64,000 nt of DNA, taken from positions 20,832,001 through 20,896,000 of the forward strand of contig OX597818.1 of assembly GCA_951406725.2 (NCBI GenBank), given 5' to 3'. Every line of letters starts with the position of its first letter. The stretch's first letter is position 1. Under the pieces are notes generated by a model that searched no databases, was not told the origin of the DNA, and saw nothing but the letters and a program-made list of their open reading frames with translations. Positions 13,555-27,717 of the stretch are shown here, in pieces. The DNA is from Octopus vulgaris (lineage: Eukaryota). A program made the position numbers and the translations under genes.

Positions 13555-13943
13555 CTAGCAGTATCGCCCGGCGTTGCTCAGGTTTGTAAGGGAAATAACT
13601 ATAAAGCATTTTTAGAGAGTTATAGCCAAAAAATAGCAAAAAAATGGAAAAAAAATTATGGTAAATTTTTTTTTGAGAGTAAAAAAAGGTTGAGTTGCGT
13701 CCCCTAGACAGTCTGTGGTTTGTTTTTTTTTGATTCTCGACCCCATGTCGAATTTATCGATTTTTTTCAGAACTGGGGTTAACTTTTCAAAATTTTCGCT
13801 GCGTTAGTTTTGAATTATGACATTGGGCTATGTGTGTGTCAAGTTTCATCAGAATCGGTTGAAAGCCGTGGTCAGGGTGAGGGTACGAGAAAACAGACAC
13901 ACAGAAACACGCACAGACAAACTGCCGTTTATATATAGAGAGA
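13555..13943 (-). mobile_element. Non-autonomous Helitron
   Basis: Minus strand begins TC(tctctatatataaa) after an A and ends gcaacgccgggcgatactgCTAG before a T; no TSD, as expected for Helitron termini. Confidence 0.75.
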
Positions 13944-13944
13944 T

Positions 13945-14347
13945 ATAACAATCGTTACTTATTTATATTTTATTCACCTATCTCGGAACACATACTCAGT
14001 TGGGTCAAATTGTCTGCATGCACTACAGGAATAGCATTCACCCGGTATTTCTGTACCAAGGTTGATATTTATATAATATCGTTGTATGTGTTTATTATTC
14101 CGACCTCACGAGGTGCCTCAATTTAAGTACCTAAATCAACTGAATCTTACTGATATATATATATTATATTAAATTAGAGACAAAACCACTATTAGGCAAA
14201 TCAAACAATGAAAAACTTAAGCCAATACATATGATTAATTTATATAACAATCGTTACTTATTTATATTTTATTCACGTATCTCGGAACACATACTCAATT
14301 GGGTCAAATTGTCTGCATGCACTACAGGAATAGCATTCACCCGGTAT

Positions 14348-14406
<59 letters not shown>

Positions 14407-14795
14407 TAAGATTCAGTTGATTTAGGTACTTAAATTGGAGGCACCTCGTGAGGTCGGAATAATAAACACATACAACGATATTATATGAATATCAACCTTG
14501 GTACAGAAATTAATTTATATTATTTAGATATATAACAAAATTATTTTAAAAATTAAAAAATTAAAAAAATGTGTGATATTAATTATATATTTTTTAATAA
14601 TTTTGTTATATATTTAAATAATATAAATTAATCATATGTATTGGCTAAAGTTTTTCATTGTTTGATTTGCCTAATAGTGGTTTTGTCCCTAATTTAATAT
14701 AATATAATATTTTACTATAAAATTGGATTCAATCCTAAATCTGATTTTTCCCTGTAAGTTTGGATTTATTCCCTAATATTTATTATTATATATAT
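13945..14795. repeat. Mosaic of direct and inverted duplications of PLE-type element ends
   Basis: A 13945-14053 repeats directly at 14244-14353; B 14047-14155 is inverted at 14401-14510; C 14160-14243 is inverted at about 14622-14705. Confidence 0.8.
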
Positions 14796-14977
14796 AAATC
14801 GTCCGTAAAAAACATAAATCCGAAAGAAGCACATTCTAAAATATAGTGCAGTATATATTAAAAATGGGGAAGTCCGGTTTATGGGGTTACCATAGGTTTC
14901 CCGTCTATAAAAGTAATCTCATAAACCGGCCTTCCCCATTTTTAATATATATATCTATGTATCCATATACATATGTC

Positions 14978-15056
<79 letters not shown>

Positions 15057-15669
15057 GTATACACACATACATACATACATACAAACATACATACATACAT
15101 ACATACATACATACATACATACATACATACATACATACATACATACATACATTCGAGTGAGCTCGTAAATGAAAAACAAGGTAAAAGAAATAGAAGACGA
15201 GTAACAGAGATAGAGTAATATGTTTTTTTTTTAAGATGTAAAAACATCACAAGAAAACTATTGCTCAGAGTTTCACGTTCCTATTCGTCGGACAGTTGTG
15301 ATCAAAATTGGAATACAATTGTAGTGATACATGTAATATATGATTCTATATAATCCAATTTGACGAATAAGCTAACAGTTGGGCGCGTTGGAGGTCTAAA
15401 TTGAACAGTAAAATATAAATATTTTATATTATATAATATCGAAAAACCTTGATTGATGAAGGGAGTAATGCATGTCCAGAAGAGATTAATTGAGAATTAA
15501 TAATTAATAGAGACGTAAGTTAATTTTTATAAATTTAAAAACCATGGGTTGAAGAAGTTCCTAGGTTGAAAAATTCGATTACGGGTTTATGGTACATACA
15601 CACACACACACACACATGACAGAAGTAAATAGACACCCATAAAACAACCTCGTTTTGTGTTTATTTTAA

Positions 15670-16204
15670 CTACCAAATTTTGTCGCAACTCTTTTCATTC
15701 GCAATTCCTCGCTCAAAATTCATTGCTAGGAGCGCCAGGACCCATCAGTCATAAACAAGCTCGTCAATTGTTCGGCGACCGTCCTCAAAGATCAGTTCAA
15801 GAATTTTCGTGATTCTTTCATTTGTTCGAGAGGTCGACGGTCACCCTGAACGAGATTGATCTTCAAGCGACAAGTGACCATTCCTAAAGCGCAATCATGT
15901 GTTTTTTCCCGTGGCAGCGTCCTTGGAAGCTGTTTGAAAGCATGATAACTGTTTCGGCCGCCGTTTTCCCCAGCAGAAATCAAAATCTCACGGAAGCATG
16001 CTGTTCTTTCGTTTCAGCCATCACACGGGAGATAAGCAATGCAAAACAAAGGCGTCATCGTGTGACAGCACAGCTTCACACGACGACACCGGTCAGCAGA
16101 CTGATGCCTGAGGGTTGCATCAAGTAGTTTCTAACAGTGGAAGCCCGAACTACAACAGGCTTGTTCCACAGAGAACCTTCCCGGTTACTTTTGGGTACCC
16201 CTTG
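15670..16204 (-). mobile_element. Mariner 5' fragment (one end plus decayed HTH region)
   Basis: Minus strand starts TA-caagggtacccaaaagtaaccggg; peptide remnants EDGRRTIDEL and MKRVATKF. Confidence 0.6.
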
Positions 16205-16358
16205 TATATGTATGTATGTGTGTGTGTGTATTAAATTCTATATTAAAATACTATTTTAATATACCAATTTTAATATATAATTTATCTTGGTACATTTTTC
16301 TCCATTGTTATATTACACAGTATTAAAATACTAAAGGGACTTTCGAATCACTCTATAG

Positions 16359-16389
<31 letters not shown>

Positions 16390-16429
16390 CATACATACAT
16401 ACATACATACATAAATATATATATATATA

Positions 16430-16844
16430 CTCTTTACTCTTTTACTTGTTTCAGTCATTTGACTGCGGCCATGCTGGAGCACCGCCTTAAATCGAGCAAC
16501 TCGACCCCGGGACTTATTCTTTTGTAAGCCCAGTACTTATTCTATCGGTCTCTTTTGCCGAACTGCTAAGTAACGGGGACATAAACACATCAGCATCGGT
16601 TGTCAAGCAATGCTAGGGGGACAAACACAGACACGCAAACACACACACGCATATATATACACATATATATATACGTATATATATACATATATACAACGGG
16701 CTTCTTTCAGTTTCTGTCTACCAAATCCACTCACAAGGCTTTGGTCGGCCCGAGGCTATAGTAGAAGACACTTGCCCAAGGTGCTACGCAGAGGGATTGA
16801 ACCCGGAACCATGTGGTTGGTATTAGCACACAGCCACTCCTGCG

Positions 16845-16847
<3 letters not shown>
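16430..16847 (-). mobile_element. SINE family A, near full length
   Basis: Reverse-complement match to 46383-46815. Confidence 0.9.
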
Positions 16848-16885
<38 letters not shown>

Positions 16886-17388
16886 GCTTAGAAATAAATC
16901 TTCTAGCCATATGCTGAAGACGGGAGACCCTTTGGGCAGACCCAGAAATTAGCTAAAACAGAACTATCTATCTTATTAAAAATTTCCGTTGGCTTGTTGC
17001 GTCGAATTCAACACGTGTTTGTGACTTCTTTGAATGGTGAAACGATTTAGCGTCTTTTTCTCAGCAAATGGCCAGAAAATTTTTTTCTAAGCTCTTATTA
17101 TTATTATACATATGATTTTCACCTTAATCGGTTTCATTTTATATGTATGCATGTGTTTATAAATATACATATATTTTTATTCTACATATATACCAATCGT
17201 TGAGCTATTGAAAATAATTGCTGTCCTTTATTCTCTATAATGTGTTACGTAACTTCCCACGTACACTAATTGCCAAAGCTACACTACTAAATGATCTATT
17301 TTGATGTGGACATCGTTTGATGCATAAATAAGTAGATAAATACGTGTATGTGTGGGTGTGTATAGTCACACACGCACACATACACACG

Positions 17389-17446
<58 letters not shown>

Positions 17447-17501
17447 AAGAGAGAGAGATAGAAAGAGAGAGAGATGTAGTATACATTATAATATGTATAT
17501 C

Positions 17502-17572
<71 letters not shown>

Positions 17573-17573
<1 letters not shown>

Positions 17574-20157
17574 CTTTCTTTATTGGCCACACAGGGCTGA
17601 ACATAGAATGGAAAAATTACAATGTAGAGTTTTTCTTTTCAAGGGGAGCGAAAACAAAAAAAAGTAAAAAAAAAAAACATAATTAGGAACAACGATCAGA
17701 AGGAATCAAAATCGTTTAGGATATACACAAAAAAAGAGTTGAAATAATACAAAAAGTTCCCCAAAATTGGGGAGGTTTATCCCTGGAAAGAAAAACTTAC
17801 GAAAAGACCATGGTAACCTCGGGCAATAATAGCACATATTAACACATTTATTTACAAGTAAGTAACTCTCTGTTTTAAATGTTTTGGGTTTTTTCCAGTT
17901 CACAGGATCATGCTCAAGGTGGTTTCATCATTCACACGTGCCATCCATCTTTTTTTTAAACATTCGTTAGACGAAACTTGCCTCTCTACTCTCACCTTCC
18001 TTTTCAAGTATACTTGAAAAGTTGATGAGAGATTGACCAGAGAGGAAAGTGTTTGTCTCTAATCCTTTCAGACGCGTCCACCAGATACATTCTTTCGCCA
18101 TAGCCACAAGTACGATGAAAATAACTCTTCCTTCCCGTTTGAAGGAAGGAGGCGCGACAATATTGACGATAGACTCAGCTGATAAACCGACTCGTCTCAC
18201 ACGTGACAGCAGTCATTCAACATAAGCCCACAGGTCGGAAATGGTTGGACACTGAACGAGTGCGTGCAGAACGGTTTCATCGCTTTGACCGCATCTCAGG
18301 CAGGTTGGCCCCGTGTCTCTCGAGCCGTGCATGTAGAGCTTATCCCGAACGGGTAGCGCTTCTCGTTAGCACTGCCAAGTCAGGAATCTCTGGAAGTTGT
18401 CCATAGGTCCCAGCCCGAAAGTCGTCTTGAACAGGCGGGTCAGGTATTCCTCGTTGACGCCCAGGTTCGCTCCGAGATCGTCGTCGTACCTTCCCTCCAC
18501 TAATCCGCTATAGGATGCTTTGGTTGTGATGCAGTCGTTCAAGGTCAACCCGGGACAGCAGAGTTGCTCCAGATTAACGCGACACACGCGGTGCCATTCG
18601 CCCTTCCTCGGCCTCTTCTTATTTCTTTACTGCCCATAAGGGACTACACACAGAGGGGACAAACAAGGAAAGACAAACGGATTAAATCGATTTTTATGCG
18701 TAACTGGTACTTATTTAATCGGCCCCGAAAGGATGAAAGGCGAAGTCGACCTCGGTGGAATTTGAACCCAGAACGTAAAGACAGACGAAACAACGCTAAT
18801 CATTTCGCCCGGTGTGCTAATGTTTCTGCCAACTCACCGCCTCTTCTTGATCCACGACTGCATCTCGGTCATGTTGGCGTCGTTTTTATTGTCTTTTGTG
18901 TTGAAGATGGTGTGGGTAGCAAGAGTTTTTTCCAGGTTTGGGTAGTGGTTGTTGTTGTTGCTGTTCTTGATTTTTGGCGACAGTTGGACAATCATTTTTC
19001 AGATGTGTCTCGCTGTTGCACAAATAGCACCGTGACCTCCTGCCCTTCACCACTACATACAACTTGTGTCCTTATGCTAATTGAATATTTGTGGGTAATT
19101 TATCTATCGATTCTTGATCGATTTGTAAAAGTATATCGACCTTTTTACCTACCCTAAAATATTAGCTTTCTCCATTTCGAAGCAGATGGCAGATAGCAAA
19201 CATCGTGTCTCTACCTCTGGAGGCACATTCTTTATTGTTACCTTCGTCACTCTTTGTCCAAGACAGCTGGGTATCATTATCAACTTGTCTGTACGAAGAG
19301 TGAATGTAGAAAATTCTTTTACTAATTTTCACTGTGGAAATGAACTTGAACACTGGCAAATTTATGCCACCAATTGATGTATTCTTTATGTGGCCATAGA
19401 GGGCGAAGGCATTTTCAATCTTTTCCTGTGCTGCGTTTTCGGGGTTTTTTTGGGGGGGACTCAATATTTTGTAGATGATGGTTTTTTGTGTTTGTTCTAA
19501 AATGTTTTGCGGCATGTGTAAGTGTAAGCTTCGCCTTCTTTGCGGAGTAGTGTTTTTGTTTCCTTTATTTGTTGGGCAGTGAACGATACAATTGTTTTTT
19601 TGTTTTTGTTATATCGCTTCAGTGAAATTTGTTTTTTCTTTTGTGGTGGTGGTGATAGTGTTGGTTACAGAGGTGTCAGTTGTAGCAGTTGAAGGTGAAG
19701 TTGTAGTGGTAGTATTGGTATTTTCTTTTGTGGAGGTCATGGTCGATGACTTTGCGACGATATCGCTGTTGTTGTTGGTGTTGGTGGTGGTGGTGTTGGC
19801 ATCCATGTTTACATTTGCATTTGTTTGAGATTTCTCTTTTCTTTCCCTTTTTCATGAAGTTGTGGTGAAGGCAGTGTAAGGAAATCAATGTCAAACGAGT
19901 TGCCAAGGAGACTGGCGTTCTTTACAAGATTGTTTTTTTGGCTTGAGAATGCCATTGTCGAATCAAAAATGGCTAAGAAAGCCGAAAACCAATTCCCAAA
20001 ATCAGGAAACACGCCATGCAGGGCAGGTTTCCTATGCAAACAATTTACACGATCGAATCTATTAGTTGTTGCACAACTTTTACATAAAAAAATACACACT
20101 TTTGAACGCAAATAAAAGCAAACTTACTCAGAGTCGATGTGACTATCGTCCGTCCAC
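17573..20157 (-). mobile_element. Internally deleted L1/Tx1-type LINE with both ends retained, flanked by (GATA)n
   Basis: 5' UTR, T-rich ORF1 start and zinc knuckle CYLCNSETHLKNDC (~18988-19029), joined near 18875 to the ORF2 C-terminus WQC*REALPVRDKL...CLRCGQSDETVLHALVQC...KECIWWTR; 3' UTR ends ccaataagaaag; EN and RT are absent. Confidence 0.85.
18621..18842 (-). mobile_element. SINE family B monomer inserted into the Tx1 ORF2 remnant
   Basis: Flanked by duplicated ctcttctt; removing it restores the frame MQSWIKKRPRKGEWHRVCRVNLEQL. Confidence 0.85.
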
Positions 20158-20247
<90 letters not shown>

Positions 20248-20249
20248 TG

Positions 20250-20459
20250 TAGGGGTGCTGAAAAGTTCACGGCTTTGAGGGTGTTACGAAAGGCCTAGTT
20301 GGAGGACCAACTTTCCGAGTTCTTTTACAGGGCTACGAAAATCTGAAGGACGGCTGCAATAAGTGCGTGAATCTGAGAGGGGAATATGTTGAATAAAATC
20401 ATAATTAACTGATCCTCCTGTATTTTCTTTTTCTAAAAGACAAGAACTTTTCAGCACTC
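20250..20459 (+). mobile_element. Mariner-derived MITE
   Basis: TIRs gggtgctgaaaagttc / gaacttttcagcactc; internal transposase end CNKCVNLRGEYVE*. Confidence 0.75.
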
Positions 20460-20539
20460 ACTTGTATGTATGTATGTATGTATGTATGTATGTATGTATG
20501 TATGTATGTATGTATGTATGTATGTATGTATATTTATGA

Positions 20540-21098
20540 ATAAGGATAATATCGATATTATCAAGTGGCCAGCATGGGAATAAATACCATACAAAGGTAA
20601 TAATTTTTTACAACTATAAATAAGGGTATCTGAGAGACACCACCATGCCGAAATAGCAGTCAAATCCCTGATTCTAAAAACCACCTAAAATGTTCATATC
20701 GCACCACGAGATAAGACAGAGAGACAAAATAAACTAGCAAAAAGATATTACTGGATAATTCAAGATCCTGGATTTCTAGCTTTGCTTCAAGTAAGCTCTG
20801 CTTTCATCAGTTGAATATACCAGATGGGCACATAAATACAAATATATATATACAGAACACACGTTATACTTATATATACGAACGTCCATACATACATATA
20901 TATGTACGTATGTACAAGGCCAGATTCAAATTGCCCGCCAACCACCTCGTAAGCGCGATATGGTCAAAATAAACACCGCAGTGAATATAGTGACGAATTA
21001 TATAAATTTATAAGGATAATATCGATATTATCAAGTGGCCAGCATGGGAATAAATACCATACAAAGGTAATAAATTTTTACAACAATAAATAAGGGTA
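20540..21098 (-). mobile_element. Non-coding HHR-bearing element with about 90-bp terminal direct repeat (470-nt period)
   Basis: taaggataatatcgatattatcaagtggcc...aagggtat at 20541 and 21011; HHR between them; ends at a (CATA)n tract. Confidence 0.65.
20758..20816 (-). ncRNA. Type I hammerhead ribozyme candidate
   Basis: auucaa-CUGAUGA-a-agc..gcuu(acuug)aagc..gcu-a-GAAA-ucc a gg-AUC^-uugaau: 6-bp helix I, quasi-palindromic helix III, A.A at the base of helix II. Confidence 0.65.
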
Positions 21099-21398
21099 TT
21101 ATAGGCCTACATAGCTTTGGTTTATATTTTTACATTCTTACGGTACATTCTAAGGTAAAAGTCACACAACATTCTGTATTATACTACAACACTTGGGATA
21201 ACCACAGTGGCGATCGAAAACCAAACCTAGGTTAAGGGTTTGCTAGCTGACGTCATCCGTAGATGGGTTAATTTCAAGGAAATTAAATCCATTAGATTTC
21301 AAATGGACTATATAATACTGCTGCCGGGAGTTGACGCACAAATCGTCGTAAAGTCGATCGGCCGTAAGTCGAATAGGTCGTAAGTCGACGACGACGTG

Positions 21399-21490
<92 letters not shown>

Positions 21491-21778
21491 TGTGCGTGTG
21501 TGTGTGTGCTTGTGCGTGTGTGTGTGCGTGCGCGCGGGCGTGTCTTTGTGTTTATGTTTGTCTCCACCCAGGCTTGACAACCAGTATTGGTTTCTTTACG
21601 TCCCGCTAACTTAGCGGTTCGGCAATAAGAGCCCGACAGAGTAAGTATCAGGCTTTAAAAAAAAGGAAGTACTGAGGTCGATTCATTCGACTACACGTTC
21701 TTCAAGACAATGCTCCAGCATGGCCGCAGTCTAATGATTGAAACAGTGGAAGATGTGTGTATATATATATATATACAT

Positions 21779-21988
21779 ACTCTCTTACTCTAGTACTTGT
21801 TTCAGTCATTTGACTGCGGCCATGCTGGAGCACCGCCTTTAGTCGAACAAATCGACCATAGGACTTATTCTTTGTAAGCTTATTACTTATTCTACCGGTC
21901 AATTTTTCCGAACCGCTAAGTTACGGGGATGTAAACACACCACCATCGGTTGTCAAATGATGTTGGGGAGACAAACACAGACACACAA

Positions 21989-22033
<45 letters not shown>

Positions 22034-22159
22034 CACGACGGGATTCTTTCAGTTTCTGTCTACTAAATCTACTCACAAGGCTTTGGTTGGCCCGAGGTTA
22101 AGAAGACACTTGCCCAAGGTGCCACGCAGCTACTTACCACACAGCCACTCCTGCGCCTA
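21779..22159 (-). mobile_element. SINE family A copy, tail-to-tail with a 3' half copy at 21535-21752 (+)
   Basis: Match to the family A reference copy. Confidence 0.85.
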
Positions 22160-22165
22160 TATATG

Positions 22166-22229
<64 letters not shown>

Positions 22230-23102
22230 TGAGGGAGAGAGAGGGAGAGAGAGAGATATGCTTATATATATATATACATAGAGAGAGAGGGAGAGACAGA
22301 CAGACAGGCTGACAGAAATGTGTCTGTGTGGTTGTGTGGGTGTTTGGGTGTGTGGTGTGTGTGTGTGTGAGTATATTTATATATATATAAGCAATCTGAC
22401 AGAATATACACGGTTCTACTTGCATCAAAGGCTAACTAATGAGAGCCAACTAAGTCAACATAACGTCACTTTGATTGTTGAGCCTGTATTTTTCTCTTCT
22501 GGGGGCCATAATCTTTAGAATATTTTAGAGAGAAGACGAGGAATATCATGTGATCTATTGTAGCTTACGTAATTTTATGCACATGTTTATGTTCGTGTGT
22601 GCATGTACAAGTGGACATAGTGTCTGTGTGTGTGTGTGTGTGTATGTCTGTGTGTATATGTGTGCGTATGTGTGTTTGTATGTTTGTGTATATATCTATG
22701 TTTGTGTGTGAGCATATGTATGTACCTAAAATAAAACTCTATTATAAGGGAAATGAGGTTTGTTGATGTTCATGCCTGCCCTAACACAAATTGGTTAGAG
22801 CTCACATCGATAGTTCAGCTGTCTTTGGGTGGGTCGGTGGGTGGGTGCGACTTTACCCCTTAGCCATCAGGGGATCGATGATAAAATAAACGTATATATA
22901 CCTATGCCTGTGTGCATGTATATATACATACATAAGTATTTTTCATTTTTTATATGTATATATACACATACAAACATAAATATATGCCTATGTACATGTA
23001 TATAAATATATACACATGCATATACATAACATATATATATATATATATATGTATGTAAATATATATATACACATACATATACATATATATATATATATAT
23101 TC

Positions 23103-23134
<32 letters not shown>

Positions 23135-23157
23135 ATATGTATGTATATATGTATGTA

Positions 23158-23214
<57 letters not shown>

Positions 23215-23235
23215 ATATGTATGTATGTATATATA

Positions 23236-23288
<53 letters not shown>

Positions 23289-23667
23289 TGCATGTATGCA
23301 TACACATACATATATATATAAAGAAGGATTGTACTTATCAGCAAAGGGAGAGAGTAAAAAAAAATGCCGACCAGTATTGGGGTTATGCCGGTCGTTCTTT
23401 GAACATTAATGTTCTGTTATTAATGCTATTTAGTCATATAGCATTTAAAAGCAGGACATTTGCATTGCAAAGCCCATTTAGAGTTTTCTTTTGATACTCT
23501 CTCTATTTCATATCATCGCTTATTTCTCCTCCTCTTTCTTCACCTTCTTGCTCTGTGCCCATCACCCTTTTAGTCTCCGCCCATCTCTCTTTCTCTCTCT
23601 CTCTCTCTCTTTCTCATTCTGTCTCTCTCCTGTTTCTTCGCCTCCTCTTGCAATCTGTTTCACCCTC

Positions 23668-23820
<153 letters not shown>

Positions 23821-23837
23821 GTCTGTCAGTCTGCCCG

Positions 23838-23882
<45 letters not shown>

Positions 23883-23949
23883 TTATCTATCTTTCTATCT
23901 ATATTTTTATCTGTCCATCGGTCTATCTGTCCATCTATCTATCTGTCTG

Positions 23950-24000
<51 letters not shown>

Positions 24001-24573
24001 ATCTTTTTATCTAGCTATCTTTCTATCTATCTATCTATCTACCTACCTATCTGTCTTTCTATATATCTATTTATCTATCTATATATATATTTCTCTCTCT
24101 CTCTCTCTGTTTGTCTGTCTGTCTTTCTATCTATGGATATAAACGCCAACGATCGAACTTCTACGTAGTCATCGACCTGCTAGAAATGACCCCCAAAACT
24201 CCTTCAAATCACACCCTAACATCTTTATTATAAAAAGGATATGTCAGATAACATAGTCCTACATACTCTTAGAAAGAGATATTCCCAACGGGAATACTTT
24301 TGGTCGCAGGTCTGCTCTCTTAAGGTTGGCTTGTGTCTAATCAACAACAAAAACAACAGCAATAAGCTACATATACCAATCCAATGTGGAAAGCTCTATG
24401 CAGTCACTTGGCTTGCTAAAAATAATTGTCAAATTACCACAAATCTTAGCCAAAATGTAGTCGATATTATAGTCAGCCGGATTTGATGGTCACGATCGAA
24501 TTATGATAGTGACTAAACGAAATCAACTAACTACGGTTTTCTCAATCAAATGTCTACGTTTACATGTGTGTGT

Positions 24574-24654
<81 letters not shown>

Positions 24655-24771
24655 CACGTGCATCTTCATATCTGAATAAATTTTATTTCTGATCTTTCTA
24701 ATCATTCATCTAGCATGTGTGTATGTATGCATATATCTAGGTATATACATGCGCATACATATGTGTGTGTA

Positions 24772-24823
<52 letters not shown>

Positions 24824-24901
24824 TATATACACACTCTCACAGACAAACACACAAATGGACAAAGATTATTGGATAGAGAAGCAAATTGTGTCTGTAAGTG
24901 A

Positions 24902-24941
<40 letters not shown>

Positions 24942-25749
24942 CAAGAAGAAGGAAAGTATGAGGTTGAACGATAGTGGGAGCGGAAAGAAAAATAAAAACA
25001 AAAAAAGAATTTGCTCACGAAGTAAGGTATCAAAAAAAATTTAACAAGAAAAATAGGGCAGAAAATTTTTTTAAATATAGAAAAATACAGGAAGAAATAC
25101 AAAGTAAGTAATAAGAACGTTATCTATCGTGGGTGGGGAGAATAAATATGAAGATGAGAAACACAAGTAATGAAAAATAAAGATTGAAAATATATGAATG
25201 TGGACCAAAGCGAAAAAATGAGTGAAAGAATGGGGGGGAGGGAGAAAAATATCAGAAAAAAATCGAGGAAGTTCAGAGAGAAATAGTAAAAATCCATATA
25301 AATAAGAAAAAAGAAAGCTATAAAAGTGCCAGAAAATCAAGGAAAAACCAAGGGAAATCAAAGAATATCAAATAAAGTCTAGGAAAATCAAAGAATTTGA
25401 AAGAATTTTTTGAGATAAAAATCGAAAAAACTACCAAGAAAAAAATGTTAATATTTTGAGATTGTGAATAAGCTATGATGTGTTCTGTCGAATAAGTACA
25501 TTGCAAGCATAACCAACGAAGTGATTCCGACTTCCGATTTCCGGTGGTAAGCATCATTTGGAAAAGGCATGCGCGTACCAACTTCACAAAATATTTCTTA
25601 TTCTACGTATAACATAGTCACTCTTTCCTAATCTGTGAAGGAACGGCTCGCATTCTTGACTCTTTCAGATCAGTGTTAATAATGTCTATCATCATTGCCT
25701 TCTGTAAATGTGTGTATGTTACACACACACACACATATATATATATTCA

Positions 25750-25785
<36 letters not shown>

Positions 25786-25830
25786 CATATGTGCGTGTGT
25801 GTATGTATAAATATATATATATATATACAC

Positions 25831-25865
<35 letters not shown>

Positions 25866-25975
25866 ACACGCATACATACATATATCACATACACACACTT
25901 GTGTGTATATGTGAATGTGTGTGAGTGTATATATATATATATATATATGTTTGTATATGTATATATATATGTATA

Positions 25976-26145
<170 letters not shown>

Positions 26146-26661
26146 TGCATTTATATCCTTGAAGTCCGTTTATGTGAAACGTTTTTGAGTGCACTCAGAA
26201 AAGCCCCCATGCCATTTATTCCGGCTACTGCTTATTGCTTCCATCTTCCAGAGTATATTTATGGGAATGCTATTAGTCTGATGCCGGTATAGCGTAGGAT
26301 GAATATAGTAATAACAAGATATTTGGAGGGAAATTCCTCAATCCTTTAATGCATTACTACGTACGTTCCACAATAAGATATTACAAATATGATTTGCAAA
26401 ATTCATGGATTTTAAAGGGAATAGAAATACGTGTTCCTTTCTTCAGGCAAAAGTTGAAAAAGCTCTTATTACGATATGCATTTATATATACGTATGTATA
26501 TCTATTTTTATGAGTATTTGTACACATTTGGAGGATCCTTTTTGTCTTAAATTGGTGCGTATAATGTTTAATATCATTACACACGCGCGCGTACGTACAC
26601 ACACACACAAAGACTCAGCATGTATATAAAGCGTTTGTTTTATAAGTTTGTTCAGAATTGC

Positions 26662-26973
26662 CTATCTTAGGTACATCTCATTGACAAGAGTCAATAAACT
26701 CGAAACATTGATGTCTGGGATTCCTGATAGATGGTGATACTGAACAAACGGGATGTTTTCACACCTTTTTACCATAAGAGAGATACTTTCTCCACAGTAA
26801 TTGCAATGAATTTGCCTTTTAGCAGTTGAAATATGGCACAGATATATTTTAACTAACCTAAATTTGGCTGGAATCTCCTTAAGTACGCCCTGCAGTTCAT
26901 CAGGGCCGTGGCTTCTACCTGAATCTACTCTTGGGAATGTCCTTCTTATCTGTTTCTTTATTCCAGTTTGCAC
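26662..26973 (-). pseudogene. Possible decayed LINE (CR1/L2-like) pre-RT fragment
   Basis: Only SHGPDELQGVLKE resembles the PGPD...LKE motif that precedes non-LTR RT domains. Confidence 0.35.
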
Positions 26974-27227
26974 TGTCTTTGTAAATAGATTAAATTGATC
27001 TAGCGTTATGATCTATAATTGGTGAAGCATGTCGGCTTCACACTACAGATACACGATAGCATGCCGTTCTTATAACTGAAAAATTCTTGTATTAATCCTG
27101 GAACGATGATTATATATGTATAGGCGCAGATGTGGCTGTGTGGTAAGTGTCTTCTACTATAGCCCGGGCCGGCCAAAGCCTTGTGAGATTTGATAGACGA
27201 ATACTGAAAGAAACCCGTTGGGTATGT

Positions 27228-27267
<40 letters not shown>

Positions 27268-27511
27268 GTGTGTGCGTGTGCATTTGTGCTTGTTTTTCTT
27301 CCCAAGCACCGCTTAACATCCGGTATTGGTGTATTGATGTCCCTATAACTTAGAAAAGGTTCTCTAAAAATTTCGGGGCTGTTCTAATCTATATGAATTA
27401 TTCCGATATGCTTAAATACACACGTATATGCAGACACACGAGCTCGCACACATATCACACATACACATGAGATACACGCACACACATTTATACATACATA
27501 CATACATACAT

Positions 27512-27596
<85 letters not shown>

Positions 27597-27626
27597 CGAG
27601 AAAAAAGCAACAGGAATGGATTAGTT

Positions 27627-27717
27627 TTTTAGTACAATTGTTTCATACAAAGACAGGCTTTATTAAAAGCTGCAAATATTGTAGCAAATACAAGTGTCCC
27701 GTACTCATCAGCTAAAA
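27627..27717 (-). ncRNA. Type I hammerhead ribozyme (mirror copy in the left palindrome arm)
   Basis: Reverse complement of 27794-27884. Confidence 0.7.

Noticed and set aside
25525-25580. Promoter-like ETS (ttccgg) and NRF1-like (gcatgcgc) motifs
   Set aside because: Short motifs with no associated gene or other support.
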